Origin: Nostoc punctiforme PCC 73102
GTDB taxonomy: Bacteria > Cyanobacteriota > Cyanobacteriia > Cyanobacteriales > Nostocaceae
DNA: 32,000 bases
Assembly: GCF_000020025.1 (NCBI RefSeq)
Contig: NC_010632.1
Location: forward strand, 180,001 to 212,000
Direction of reading: 5' to 3'
Shown here: piece after piece, positions 22,190 through 31,441 of the stretch
How the letters are laid out: every line of letters starts with the position of its first letter
How positions within the stretch are numbered: the first letter of the stretch is position 1
Position numbers and translations under genes: made by a program
Notes under the pieces: generated by a model
Told to the model about the DNA's origin: nothing
Databases searched by the model: none
The model's input: the letters and a program-made list of their open reading frames with translations, nothing else

Positions 22190-25024
22190 GTGATTGGTAA
22201 AGTTATGCCAAAATTTTCTAAGAAAGTTAAAGATAAATTAGGTAAAGTCGCATTAGAAAACGAGCAGATTAGTGTTGCCAAAATGCTTACTCCCTTTGAA
22301 GATATTATCCATTTAGGGGGAATTTGTGACTTAAATTTAGGAGGTAGGCAGGGCGTAGGCGCATTAATTCTCAAAAAAGGCGAAAATATTCAAATCAAAT
22401 TCTGCTTTGATTGTTTAGGGATTCATCCGAATTTACAATCATCGCAAATGCTGCCAATATTTGAGGGGATAGAAGGGGGGCTAAAAGAAATTCCCGAAGG
22501 TGAAAACTTAACAATACATTTAGGTTCTTTTACGTCTGATTATCACCGACAAGAAGAACTGTCCAAGCTAGAGAGTAATTGTCAGATTGACCAATTAAAA
22601 TTGTTAATACGTAGTGAAAGATTAAGGACTAAAAAACTAACGGAAAGTGGAGCTAGGAAGAATAAGTTTTTGAGACTATGGTGTACTTACACTGTTATTG
22701 ATGACGATGAACGGTCTAAGGATTTTATAGAATCTCTGATTAGAAAATTAGAAAAGGGCTGGTTTCGCTTTACAGGTGAAATTCACGCTCATAACAATAC
22801 TAGAATTGAAAATATTCTGCAAAATTCATTTAACGATGGATTTTTACAGTGGTCAGCTATCCTGGGCAACAAGATGAAGTTGGGGATTAGGGTTTTAAGT
22901 GCTGAAGAAATTTGGTCAACAATTTGGCAACAGCTTAATTACTCTACTCCTCCGGCAATCCCTAATCCATTAAAAATTGACCCAATAGATGGACTAGTAG
23001 AAACTCAGACGAGCGATTTTCACATCCGCCACCAGATGTTAGAGAATGAGGAGTCTGTGCCATTTTTCGATAGAAAATGGGTAAAACTACAAAATAAATA
23101 TATTGGGGCGCTCAACTTCAGCCAAAAGCCAGGGGGGTGGTATGACGAGCAAGCTCAATTGCGATATCTGTGGGAGTTAATTTCTAGAGATAGTATTTAT
23201 GATACCGAGGTTATTTGTCAGGTAACAAAGGCAAATCAAACTATCTCTAAAACAAATCTTCAACGCATTACCAAGCAATCAATTACCAGCACTTCTTTAT
23301 CTACAGATAAAGGAAATATTGATGTCAAATCAGGCATGAATATTGAAGAAGCGGTAGAGGCGCAGAAGACAATATATAAAGGTAGTGTAGTAGTGCATAC
23401 CGCAGTTGCTTTTCTTGTCCACCGCCCAACCCCACGGGAATTAGACGAAGCTTGCCGATATCTTGCCAGCTATTTCTTGCGTCCGGCAGTAGTAGACCGG
23501 GAGATTGAATACGCCTGGAAGCTATGGTTGCAGTGTTGCCCATTTGTTTGGGAGCCGTTGTTAACCAAGCCTTTTAACCGCCGACTGCCATATTTTAGTT
23601 CGGAAGCACCAGGGCTGATGCCATTGATTAGGACTGCCACAGGCGATCGCACTGGCTTTGAGTTAATTGCAGAAGAAGGCGGCACACCAGTACATTTAGA
23701 CTTGTACCAAAACCACAAGAATTTGGCAGTCTTCGGCGCAACTCGTTCAGGTAAATCAGTGCTGGTGGCAGGTATTCTTACCCCGGCACTTGCACAAGAT
23801 ATTCCGGTAGTGGCACTAGACTATCCCAAACCAGATGGTACTTCTACATTCACCGACTACACAAATCTGCTGGGTGAAGATGGCGCATACTTTGACATCT
23901 CCAAAGAATCAAACAATCTTTTTGAACTACCTGATTTGCGCTCTTTGGATGCAGAACTGAGAAATGAGCGATTGAACGATTTTAAGGAATTTCTCAAATC
24001 AGTGCTGATGACAATGGTGATGGGGACGAGCATGATTGGTGTCAGCCCAACGATTACCACTAATATTGAGTCAATCATTGCTTTAGCTTTAAAAACATTT
24101 TTTAATGATGATGAAATTAAATCACGCTACAAGTCAGCAATACAAAATGGATTTGGGACTCAATATTGGAACGAGACTCCGACACTCAAAGATTTTTATA
24201 ATTTTTGTTCTCCAGCTTTCATACAATTAGATTCTATTGCTAGTAAGAGTCAAGAGATTTCCGAAGCCTTACAGCAAATCAGGCTGAGAATAAATTATTG
24301 GTTGAGTACCAGGGTCGGGCAATCCATCTCACGCCCATCTAGTTTTAGAACTAATGCCAAATTGCTAGTATTCGCTTTACGTAATTTATCGAGTGAAGCT
24401 GATGCTGCCATACTCGCTCTTAGTGCATACTCTGCTGCATTACGTCGCGCATTATCATCAAAAGCTTCGATCTTCTTCCTTGATGAAGCACCAATTTTAT
24501 TCCAATTTGATGCGATAGCGGAGTTAATTGGGCGATTGTGTGCCAATGGTGCTAAGTCTGGTATCCGCGTTATTATTTCTGCCCAAGAACCAGAGACCAT
24601 ATATCAGAGTGCATCTGCACAAAAGATATTTGCCAATATCACTACACGTTTAGTAGGCAGGATTCAATCATCAGCCGTTGACCCTTTTATCGTTCGCTTT
24701 AAATATCCTACCGAGATCATCAGGGTCAATAGTACAGAAGCTTTTTATCCAAAAAAGGAGGGGATTTACTCTCAGTGGTTGCTTGATGATAACGGCAAGC
24801 TAACTTTCTGTCGCTATTATCCTGCCTACTGTTTATTAGCCTCAGTTGCTAATAATCCCAACGAGCAGGAATTACGCAGTTTGTTTCTTAAACACTATCA
24901 CAATAATCCTATGCTTGGGTTAGTCAAATTTAGTGAGGATTATATCAGAATGATTCGGACAGAAGAGTTATCAGACTTGGCTAAAACATTGCTCTCAAAT
25001 TTACATTTAAAGCAGGTGGCGTAA
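22190..25024 (+). CDS. virB4: VirB4/TrbE/TraC-family conjugative T4SS ATPase
   Basis: 944-aa ORF with Walker A LAVFGATRSGKSVLVAG (codons 23735-23758) and Walker B ASIFFLDEAPILF. The size and domain order are typical of VirB4. The start is either the GTG at 22190 or the ATG at 22205. Confidence 0.9.
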   Translation: MIGKVMPKFSKKVKDKLGKVALENEQISVAKMLTPFEDIIHLGGICDLNLGGRQGVGALILKKGENIQIKFCFDCLGIHPNLQSSQMLPIFEGIEGGLKEIPEGENLTIHLGSFTSDYHRQEELSKLESNCQIDQLKLLIRSERLRTKKLTESGARKNKFLRLWCTYTVIDDDERSKDFIESLIRKLEKGWFRFTGEIHAHNNTRIENILQNSFNDGFLQWSAILGNKMKLGIRVLSAEEIWSTIWQQLNYSTPPAIPNPLKIDPIDGLVETQTSDFHIRHQMLENEESVPFFDRKWVKLQNKYIGALNFSQKPGGWYDEQAQLRYLWELISRDSIYDTEVICQVTKANQTISKTNLQRITKQSITSTSLSTDKGNIDVKSGMNIEEAVEAQKTIYKGSVVVHTAVAFLVHRPTPRELDEACRYLASYFLRPAVVDREIEYAWKLWLQCCPFVWEPLLTKPFNRRLPYFSSEAPGLMPLIRTATGDRTGFELIAEEGGTPVHLDLYQNHKNLAVFGATRSGKSVLVAGILTPALAQDIPVVALDYPKPDGTSTFTDYTNLLGEDGAYFDISKESNNLFELPDLRSLDAELRNERLNDFKEFLKSVLMTMVMGTSMIGVSPTITTNIESIIALALKTFFNDDEIKSRYKSAIQNGFGTQYWNETPTLKDFYNFCSPAFIQLDSIASKSQEISEALQQIRLRINYWLSTRVGQSISRPSSFRTNAKLLVFALRNLSSEADAAILALSAYSAALRRALSSKASIFFLDEAPILFQFDAIAELIGRLCANGAKSGIRVIISAQEPETIYQSASAQKIFANITTRLVGRIQSSAVDPFIVRFKYPTEIIRVNSTEAFYPKKEGIYSQWLLDDNGKLTFCRYYPAYCLLASVANNPNEQELRSLFLKHYHNNPMLGLVKFSEDYIRMIRTEELSDLAKTLLSNLHLKQVA

Positions 25025-25025
25025 G

Positions 25026-25745
25026 ATGAAACCAATCATGAATAAATTGACTCTTGGTGCGATAGCTTCTGCGACTTTGGTCAGCTTATTTATTGCTGCA
25101 CCTAGCTATGGCATCAGCATCAACGATTTTTTTAGTTCTATCGTATCGGATCTTCAAGGAGAAGTTTCGGAAATTCAAACCTGGGCATCCGATGAAATTA
25201 ACAGTGCTTGGGCTGACCTGACAGAAAACGCTAATGCGGCAATTGATAATTCTATCGGTCAATTGGGTGCGCCCGACCCGATTGCTTCGGCCGAACAATT
25301 GAAAAATACGCTCAAAGATGATTATTCTTATCCTGTCGCCCAAGAAAAAGCACAGAAGTTGGAACGTGACCTAGCTTTGGCTTCTGTCGCTAGCGTCGTC
25401 AGCCAAAAGGGGCAACAAAAAACTCAAGCCAAGATTGATACTACTGCACAAATCGTTAAGCTTGCAAAAGATATTTCTGATGAAGCTCAGAACATGGATG
25501 CCTCTCAAAACGTTCTCAAGGCGATCGCCGCTCAGAACGGCTTAATTGTGTCGATGTTAGCAGAACAACGTACTGATTCGCTATTAGCCCGACAGGACAA
25601 TGCTTACTCTAATCTGATGCTGACGCAAGTGGCAGATCATCTTGACTCCCAACGGAAAAAGGAGAACTCCGAAGAAGATGGCAGATTATCTCTAGTACAT
25701 GAAGTCGTACTTAATGCACGGCTAGATCCTACTTCTGCTGACTGA
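25026..25745 (+). CDS. Secreted helical protein, candidate VirB5/TrbJ-like component
   Basis: 239-aa ORF with a signal peptide (KLTLGAIASATLVSLFIAAPSYG). The remainder is predicted helical and rich in Ala/Gln/Asp. It starts 2 nt after the virB4 stop, which is the trbJ/virB5 position. Confidence 0.4.
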   Translation: MKPIMNKLTLGAIASATLVSLFIAAPSYGISINDFFSSIVSDLQGEVSEIQTWASDEINSAWADLTENANAAIDNSIGQLGAPDPIASAEQLKNTLKDDYSYPVAQEKAQKLERDLALASVASVVSQKGQQKTQAKIDTTAQIVKLAKDISDEAQNMDASQNVLKAIAAQNGLIVSMLAEQRTDSLLARQDNAYSNLMLTQVADHLDSQRKKENSEEDGRLSLVHEVVLNARLDPTSAD

Positions 25746-25864
25746 TTAAAAGGATATATAAACACAGTAAGAGGTAAAGTTACAAGAGCTTTTTCCTCCT
25801 ATACAAACAATCAACTAGCGTTCAAATATCTGACAAAATTACGTATTGAGCAAGGATTCAAATT

Positions 25865-26965
25865 ATGTTTTTACTAGCCAAACTAGATGGTGGTGATTTA
25901 GCTGATTTAGCAAAAGAAAATGCAGCTTCAATAGCGCAAGGATTTGATGAGCTTTGGAACGAAACTATTACAGGTGGTGTTTATTCAGCAATTTGTATAG
26001 TCGGAGCTTTATTTGCTGTAGCAACACTAACTTTCTTTGTTGTTGAATGGACAAAAAAAATGATGGCGGGAGAAGAACAAAGAGCTTATACAGACTTTAT
26101 TTGGCCGTTAATAGTAGTTCTTTTGCTCAGTAATAAGGGGGATGTACTAGGAAAGTCAACTTTGGGGATTAGAAACTATATTAATAATGTAAATAATATA
26201 GTTCTTAGCGAAGCGGCGGTAGGAATTGATCTCAAGCAAGCGTATGAAAGTGCATTGGGAACTGAAGCAGCACGTAGCGCTATTGGTATTGCTGTAAATA
26301 AATGTAGAAATTCATCTTTAAGTCAACAAGAACAAATCAACTGTTTGGAGCAAGCTAAAGAAGATTTAACCAAAAAATATCCAGATAAATTTAACAAAAA
26401 TAATGGAGTTTTTTCTTGGTTTATAGATGCAATTGATGGCGCTATCGATGCTTTTAATGATGTGAAAGATGGCCAAGCAAATGGAATGGATTTAATTTTA
26501 TCTCCCCTTAATGCTTTTGTTGGGTCTGCTGTTACTGACATAGTTACGATAATTTTAGTCGGGATGAATGGGGCTTATCAATGGGGAATTGAACTGACTA
26601 TGCTCGTAACAGCACTGCTGGGGCCTATAGCTGTTGGTGGTTCTCTGCTACCTTACGGAGCTAAATCAATCTACAGTTGGTTAGTAGGATACTTCAGTGT
26701 AGGTTTTGGAAAACTCTGCTTCAATATCATTGTTGGCTTCGCCGGGCAATTAGTTGCTGATTCTAAATCTTATCAGCCAATGTTCTTCCTATTTACAATT
26801 GGTATAATTGCACCATTCTTAGCTACAGGTTTAGCGGCTGGTGGTGGCATTTCTGTTTTACTTCAAATTAATAAAGCTGCTGAAACTTACAGTGGGATTG
26901 CCATTGAGGTTGCTAAAGGTGTTGCTACTAAAGGTGGTAGTTTAGTCGGGAAATTAGCTAAATAA
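25865..26965 (+). CDS. Polytopic membrane protein, candidate VirB6/TrbL-like
   Basis: 366-aa ORF with at least 5 hydrophobic helices. Examples are VYSAICIVGALFAVATLTFFVV, FIWPLIVVLLL, VTDIVTIILVGMNGAY, LTMLVTALLGPIAVGG, FNIIVGFAGQLV and MFFLFTIGIIAPFLATGLAAGGGI. A large loop separates two of them. It sits in the virB6/trbL position. Confidence 0.5.
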   Translation: MFLLAKLDGGDLADLAKENAASIAQGFDELWNETITGGVYSAICIVGALFAVATLTFFVVEWTKKMMAGEEQRAYTDFIWPLIVVLLLSNKGDVLGKSTLGIRNYINNVNNIVLSEAAVGIDLKQAYESALGTEAARSAIGIAVNKCRNSSLSQQEQINCLEQAKEDLTKKYPDKFNKNNGVFSWFIDAIDGAIDAFNDVKDGQANGMDLILSPLNAFVGSAVTDIVTIILVGMNGAYQWGIELTMLVTALLGPIAVGGSLLPYGAKSIYSWLVGYFSVGFGKLCFNIIVGFAGQLVADSKSYQPMFFLFTIGIIAPFLATGLAAGGGISVLLQINKAAETYSGIAIEVAKGVATKGGSLVGKLAK

Positions 26966-26973
26966 AACGTAAG

Positions 26974-27128
26974 AATTCAGCACTCAGGATTCAGAAGCCA
27001 GAAATTAAAAGCAATGAGTGCATAAATCTTCTATTGATTGAAAAGAATTCACTCTTCTTCTCTAATATTCTGACCGGAGGCGGAGCGTCTCCGGCTCCGC
27101 TCCTGGATTCTGACTCCTGAATTCTGAC
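26974..27128. repeat. Dispersed hairpin repeat, copy B, inside the T4SS operon, carrying a nested 26-nt palindromic insertion
   Basis: It has the same core as copy A (AAAAGCAATGAGTGCATAAATCTTCTATTGATTGAAAAGAATTCACTCTTCTTCTC) and the same heptamer arms. An extra CCGGAGGCGGAGCGTCTCCGGCTCCG (about 27074-27099) is absent from copy A and is itself self-complementary (CCGGAG/CTCCGG and GCGGAGC/GCTCCGC). Confidence 0.75.
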
Positions 27129-27138
27129 AATAAAACCT

Positions 27139-27930
27139 ATGCTGAATCAAAAAAGTAAAACTCAACCCAGAGAACCATTACAACTACTTAGTTACAACAA
27201 ATACGTGACAACACGAGTTGGAATAATCTCTTTAGTTGGGTTTTCAATGGCGGGATTTTCCCTCTTATTACAATTTCTCAATTATGGGGCAATCAGCATA
27301 CTAAATCAAAAGCAATTAGCCCTGGTACAACTATCATCAGGTGAGACGATTTCCGCTAGGGCAGTAGACCCTGGGCAACGCTCTGATGAAGTGATTAGAA
27401 AGTTTATTTCTGATACCTTCATTAAGATGTTTAATTGGGATGGGATAGTACAAGTTTTCAATGAAAAAGGCGAACCTATTACTAAACAAGATACTGGGGT
27501 AGAAGTAGGCAAGATTAATAATAAATCTAATAGTCGAGTCACAAGTAAAGCTTATGATGCTGCCTTTGCTTTGAGTGAAAATGGAGGATTTAGAGCCGCA
27601 TTTCTGAAAAAATTAGCCTCAATTACTCCGACGAGCATATTTAATGGTGATACGCAAGTATCTTTAATCCCTAGATTTATTTCACAGCCACGGCAACTCA
27701 GGGATGGAAAATGGGAAATAGATTTTATTGGGACGCTGGTAACTTTTGAACGTAGTGATAATTCCGGCAAAGGGATTACTTTTAATAAAACCATTACACT
27801 TTCATCAATTTCTAATCCAGAGTATATCCCAGCTAACACTAGCGAATTAGCTAAGAAAATCTACGCCACCCGGAGAGCCGGATTAGAAATTACCGAAATT
27901 GTCGATTTAGATTTGGGCAAAAGGAAATGA
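27139..27930 (+). CDS. Bitopic membrane protein, candidate VirB8/TrbF-like
   Basis: 263-aa ORF with a short N-terminal cytoplasmic part, one TM helix (VGIISLVGFSMAGFSLLLQFL) and a roughly 200-aa extracytoplasmic domain. The assignment rests on position and topology only. Confidence 0.4.
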   Translation: MLNQKSKTQPREPLQLLSYNKYVTTRVGIISLVGFSMAGFSLLLQFLNYGAISILNQKQLALVQLSSGETISARAVDPGQRSDEVIRKFISDTFIKMFNWDGIVQVFNEKGEPITKQDTGVEVGKINNKSNSRVTSKAYDAAFALSENGGFRAAFLKKLASITPTSIFNGDTQVSLIPRFISQPRQLRDGKWEIDFIGTLVTFERSDNSGKGITFNKTITLSSISNPEYIPANTSELAKKIYATRRAGLEITEIVDLDLGKRK

Positions 27931-29492
27931 GTGAAGAGAATAATAAAAATGGGTCTGTATCGACTTTAGAGGATTTGCTGAATCTAGATGATGCTAATAA
28001 AACTAATGGTAAAAAAGCACCAGAACCGGAAAGTTTATTAGTAGCGACTAAGCACACAATTGTCACTTCTCCTTGGTCAAGACTAGCAATAATTGCTGTC
28101 CCTTTTGGAGTTGGATTTTTAGCGATATTTTTGATGCTCAATGGTGTTTTCAATCCCGCACCAGCACCAAAGATTGCTCTGAAAACGCAGGAAATACCGA
28201 CCACTGAACAAGCCCAAGAAAGTGATGAGGGAGACGGTGATGCGCGTGCAAAACTCGCTCTGTCGGATCAAGAAGATGAGTTAGGTCGCATTAACAAAAA
28301 TAAATTTGACCAACCAGCGCCAGTACCAGTTTCTCAAACTAAAAAGGTCGTGCCATCTAGCCCACCATCTCCACAACCTGCGCCACGTTCTGTTCAAAAT
28401 ACACAACCACGTCGCGTAACTCAGACTGCACCACAGCCGATTAGAACCTACACTCCGCCACCAACACACACGAGTTTTTCTCCAAGACCATCTATATCTG
28501 CACGGACACTCACGCCCCTAGATCCCCTTGAGCAATTGAACAAACTCCGCAGCATCGGTTCTTATGGCAAAATCGCCTACACCGAAACTAGCACCAGTAA
28601 ACAATCTTCATTAGATCCATATCTTGCTCAAGCTCAAGCAATTCAAAATCAACCGAATGAACAAACAGATACAAACAATTTTGACCAAACCACGCCGCAA
28701 AACTTAAGCGAGTCGATTGAAAAGATCCGCCCCAGGTGGCAAGCAACTTCTAAAGTTAACAAGATTACTTTAGCTAACAATTATTTACCTCAAGAAAGCC
28801 AAATTCTCCAAGGTAAGCAAACTCGTTATTTGACAGTTGGCACTTTTGCTAGTGGTGTCCTTGTTACATCTTTAATTCAAGCCACAGTTAATAATTCAGG
28901 GCAGACACAGACACAGACACAAACGCTAACCTCTAATAACACTAGGTCTGTTGCTCGACTGCAAGAGGATTTACGCGATAACTATGGGCAAGTGGCAATT
29001 CCTTCGGGAACAATGTTTGCAGTCGAGTTAGCTTCGGTTGATGGCGGCAGTTACGCTGTTGCTTATGTCAGAGCGATCATCAAAGACAATACAGAATATC
29101 CGATTTCTGCGGGTGCGATTTCCGTGACAGGAGTTGGTGGTAGACCCCTAATAGCTCGGAGATTTCAAGACAGGGGTGGCGAGATTGCACGAAATGACTT
29201 GTTTGGCGGTGCTGTGTCTGCATTGGGGAAGGTTGGGGAGATTATGAACCAACCGGATAGTGAAGAAGAAATTCTTGATGAATCCACAGGCAGGATTCGC
29301 ACACGTAGTAGTGGCAATCAGCGCAATATTACTGGTGCGTTAATGTCAGGTTTTTTTGGTCAAGTTAGTCAAAATCTTAGTCAACGCAATCAACGTGCTA
29401 CTAAAGAAATTACTTCTCGCCCTAATACTTGGTTTATTCCACAGGGAACCAAAGTTACCTTTAATGTAAATCGTTCTTTAGAGTTGCCATGA
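27927..29492 (+). CDS. VirB10/TrbI-like T4SS core protein
   Basis: 521-aa ORF with an N-terminal TM helix (LAIIAVPFGVGFLAIFLML) and a long Pro-rich linker (PAPVPVSQTKKVVPSSPPSPQPAPRSVQNTQPRRVTQTAPQPIRTYTPPPTH). The C-terminal domain matches the VirB10 pattern: LTVGTFASGVLVTSLI ... VAIPSGTMFAVEL ... ending TWFIPQGTKVTFNVNRSLEL. An ATGA overlap joins it to the upstream gene. Confidence 0.65.
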   Translation: MSEENNKNGSVSTLEDLLNLDDANKTNGKKAPEPESLLVATKHTIVTSPWSRLAIIAVPFGVGFLAIFLMLNGVFNPAPAPKIALKTQEIPTTEQAQESDEGDGDARAKLALSDQEDELGRINKNKFDQPAPVPVSQTKKVVPSSPPSPQPAPRSVQNTQPRRVTQTAPQPIRTYTPPPTHTSFSPRPSISARTLTPLDPLEQLNKLRSIGSYGKIAYTETSTSKQSSLDPYLAQAQAIQNQPNEQTDTNNFDQTTPQNLSESIEKIRPRWQATSKVNKITLANNYLPQESQILQGKQTRYLTVGTFASGVLVTSLIQATVNNSGQTQTQTQTLTSNNTRSVARLQEDLRDNYGQVAIPSGTMFAVELASVDGGSYAVAYVRAIIKDNTEYPISAGAISVTGVGGRPLIARRFQDRGGEIARNDLFGGAVSALGKVGEIMNQPDSEEEILDESTGRIRTRSSGNQRNITGALMSGFFGQVSQNLSQRNQRATKEITSRPNTWFIPQGTKVTFNVNRSLELP

Positions 29493-30244
29493 AAAGCATA
29501 ATTAGCACGGTTACAAGCGGCACTCTAGCGTTAGCGATTGCCCTGACTCCAATATCCACAATTGCCGCCCCAGTTGTTCGCACTATCTTTCAATCAATGG
29601 CTAGTGGAGAGCAGGCCAAACTACAAACTATCAACGTCTGGAATGGTCACGGGGTAGCAATTTCTTTCTATGAAATTGGCGAGACAATTAAAAAAGTTTG
29701 GTTAGATGACCCATCGCAAATCCTGCTTGACACAGATGGTTGCTTAGAGGGACTGGATCAGAATTGCTCTAAAGGAGGCGCTGGGCTGATTCATCTGCGA
29801 CGGATCAAGAAAGTAAACATTCCCGGAATACCGCAAACATCTACCACTTTGTTAACAGTAATTACGCAGTCATCCTCTGGTGAGCGTAAAGCTTACAGCT
29901 TTCGGTTAGCAACAAGCAATGGCACTCCTAAATATAGTCAGGTGGCGATCAAGGCTGATGTGGCACGAGAACAAACAACCCCAAAACCTCAATTGCAATC
30001 ATTAGTTAAAACACAGCAAACAATTAACCAAATTCGAGGCGGTATTGTTGTCGCTATTAAAAGTGGATGGATTCTTCAGCAAGATGAACTACACCAGCGC
30101 TTGCAAAAGTTAATTGGTTATTTACAAGCAGGTGATGACATTTCTACTGCTACTAATAAGGCTTCTGTCTCTGAAGACTTAGTTAACAAATTAATTGCTT
30201 TGAATAATAATTCTGATAACTTAAGACAAGGTAATAGTTTATGA
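29489..30244 (+). CDS. Secreted protein, candidate VirB9/TrbG-like (N-terminal domain type)
   Basis: 251-aa ORF with a signal peptide (GTLALAIALTPISTIAAP). The segment VWNGHGVAISFYEIGETIKKVWLDDPSQILLDTDG ... GLIHLRRIK ... TTLLTVITQSSSGERKAYSFRLA resembles the VirB9/CagX N-domain pattern. ATGA overlaps occur at both ends. Confidence 0.4.
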   Translation: MKSIISTVTSGTLALAIALTPISTIAAPVVRTIFQSMASGEQAKLQTINVWNGHGVAISFYEIGETIKKVWLDDPSQILLDTDGCLEGLDQNCSKGGAGLIHLRRIKKVNIPGIPQTSTTLLTVITQSSSGERKAYSFRLATSNGTPKYSQVAIKADVAREQTTPKPQLQSLVKTQQTINQIRGGIVVAIKSGWILQQDELHQRLQKLIGYLQAGDDISTATNKASVSEDLVNKLIALNNNSDNLRQGNSL

Positions 30245-31440
30245 AATCATCTTTTCGCCTCAATGATAACGCCTTACGTTACCTAATCTTTTTTAGTTTA
30301 GTAGGTAGCTTATTGATTCATAGTTTCATAAGATATGAGCTATTGAACTCTTTTGTAGGCTTTTTGCTGCCCAAGGCTTCAGCACAAGTACCCATTGTAA
30401 ATTCTCCTAATGGGTTTACTCCTGATTGGTCGCGCTTTCGTTTTAGCGACATGATTATTTCTGTAAGTAGCAGTGTTACCTACCCAGGCACAAAAGGTAC
30501 AGAAAGCAGAACTTGGACGGCAGGACAAAGCATTAGCGAGTTTATGGAACTGGGAGATTTTGAAACACCTCAATTAGCAATAGAAAATTTAAATCTCTCA
30601 ATCATAGCTTCAGCACAAGGAATCAATTTAAGTGGGTTAACATTAGATGATTTTCAATTAACCCAATGGCAAACTTTACCATCTTTAACCGAAGCGATTC
30701 CTGGCTTAGGTAATAGAAATGTTACAAGTGTTAAACCTGTGAGCGATTTTTTGAGAAGATTTGGAATTACTGGGGGCACAATCGGTAACGCCAGCCGAAA
30801 TTCTCGTTTACGTGACGTTCCATTAGGAAGAGTAATAAATTTAAAAAATTACTCACTAACATCTATTTTCGACATTGAAAACACATCTATTAATAGATTT
30901 GGAAATTGGCAAGACTCCAAAATTAATGGAGTACCTGGACTATCAACTTTGACATGGGATAATTTGCCAGGACTACGAACACTTGACCTTTCATTTGTTG
31001 CCAAAGTTGATCTGCCATTGGGAGATATTGAAGCTAACCGCACACGCTCCATATCTGGTAGCTACCAAGATGGCTTTAATGTTCCCTGTCTACAAAATAA
31101 TTGCGCTCATACGGAAATGTCAGGCATTGGTAAGACTACTGGAACACAGTGGATATCTGGGAAATCCCAAAAGGTTAATGGTGGATTTGGCATTTTAAAA
31201 GCTCTCAATGGTGGTAAAGAGCCTACTGGTCGAAACCCCTTTGGCTCCAGCTTTAAGCAAGTAGTTTGGAATATTGATGAAGGCAGTGGTTCTGTCGAGA
31301 CTACTATGTTTTTCCGTATCTGCAAAACCATCCCCTTCATTGGTCGCACTTGCAGCCCCTACTTCATAGGGCCTGTACCTTTTATTGCCTACCAGGAGAA
31401 AGACCCTATCGTTCTTGGTCAACCTAATTCTTTACCTTAA
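30241..31440 (+). CDS. Membrane-anchored or secreted protein of unknown function within the T4SS operon
   Basis: 399-aa ORF with an N-terminal hydrophobic segment (LRYLIFFSLVGSLLIHSFI). Five Cys lie in the C-terminal half. It is translationally coupled on both sides. No family was recognised. Confidence 0.6.
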   Translation: MKSSFRLNDNALRYLIFFSLVGSLLIHSFIRYELLNSFVGFLLPKASAQVPIVNSPNGFTPDWSRFRFSDMIISVSSSVTYPGTKGTESRTWTAGQSISEFMELGDFETPQLAIENLNLSIIASAQGINLSGLTLDDFQLTQWQTLPSLTEAIPGLGNRNVTSVKPVSDFLRRFGITGGTIGNASRNSRLRDVPLGRVINLKNYSLTSIFDIENTSINRFGNWQDSKINGVPGLSTLTWDNLPGLRTLDLSFVAKVDLPLGDIEANRTRSISGSYQDGFNVPCLQNNCAHTEMSGIGKTTGTQWISGKSQKVNGGFGILKALNGGKEPTGRNPFGSSFKQVVWNIDEGSGSVETTMFFRICKTIPFIGRTCSPYFIGPVPFIAYQEKDPIVLGQPNSLP

Positions 31441-31441
31441 A

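Noticed and set aside
22180-29000. Antisense or alternate-frame ORFs within T4SS genes (22180-22374, 23325-23543, 23470-23718, 23857-24078, 24295-24600, 25086-25343, 26323-26541, 27306-27542, 27552-27839, 27890-28204, 28281-28469)
   Set aside because: They are embedded in the co-directional, translationally coupled operon. They have no independent support.
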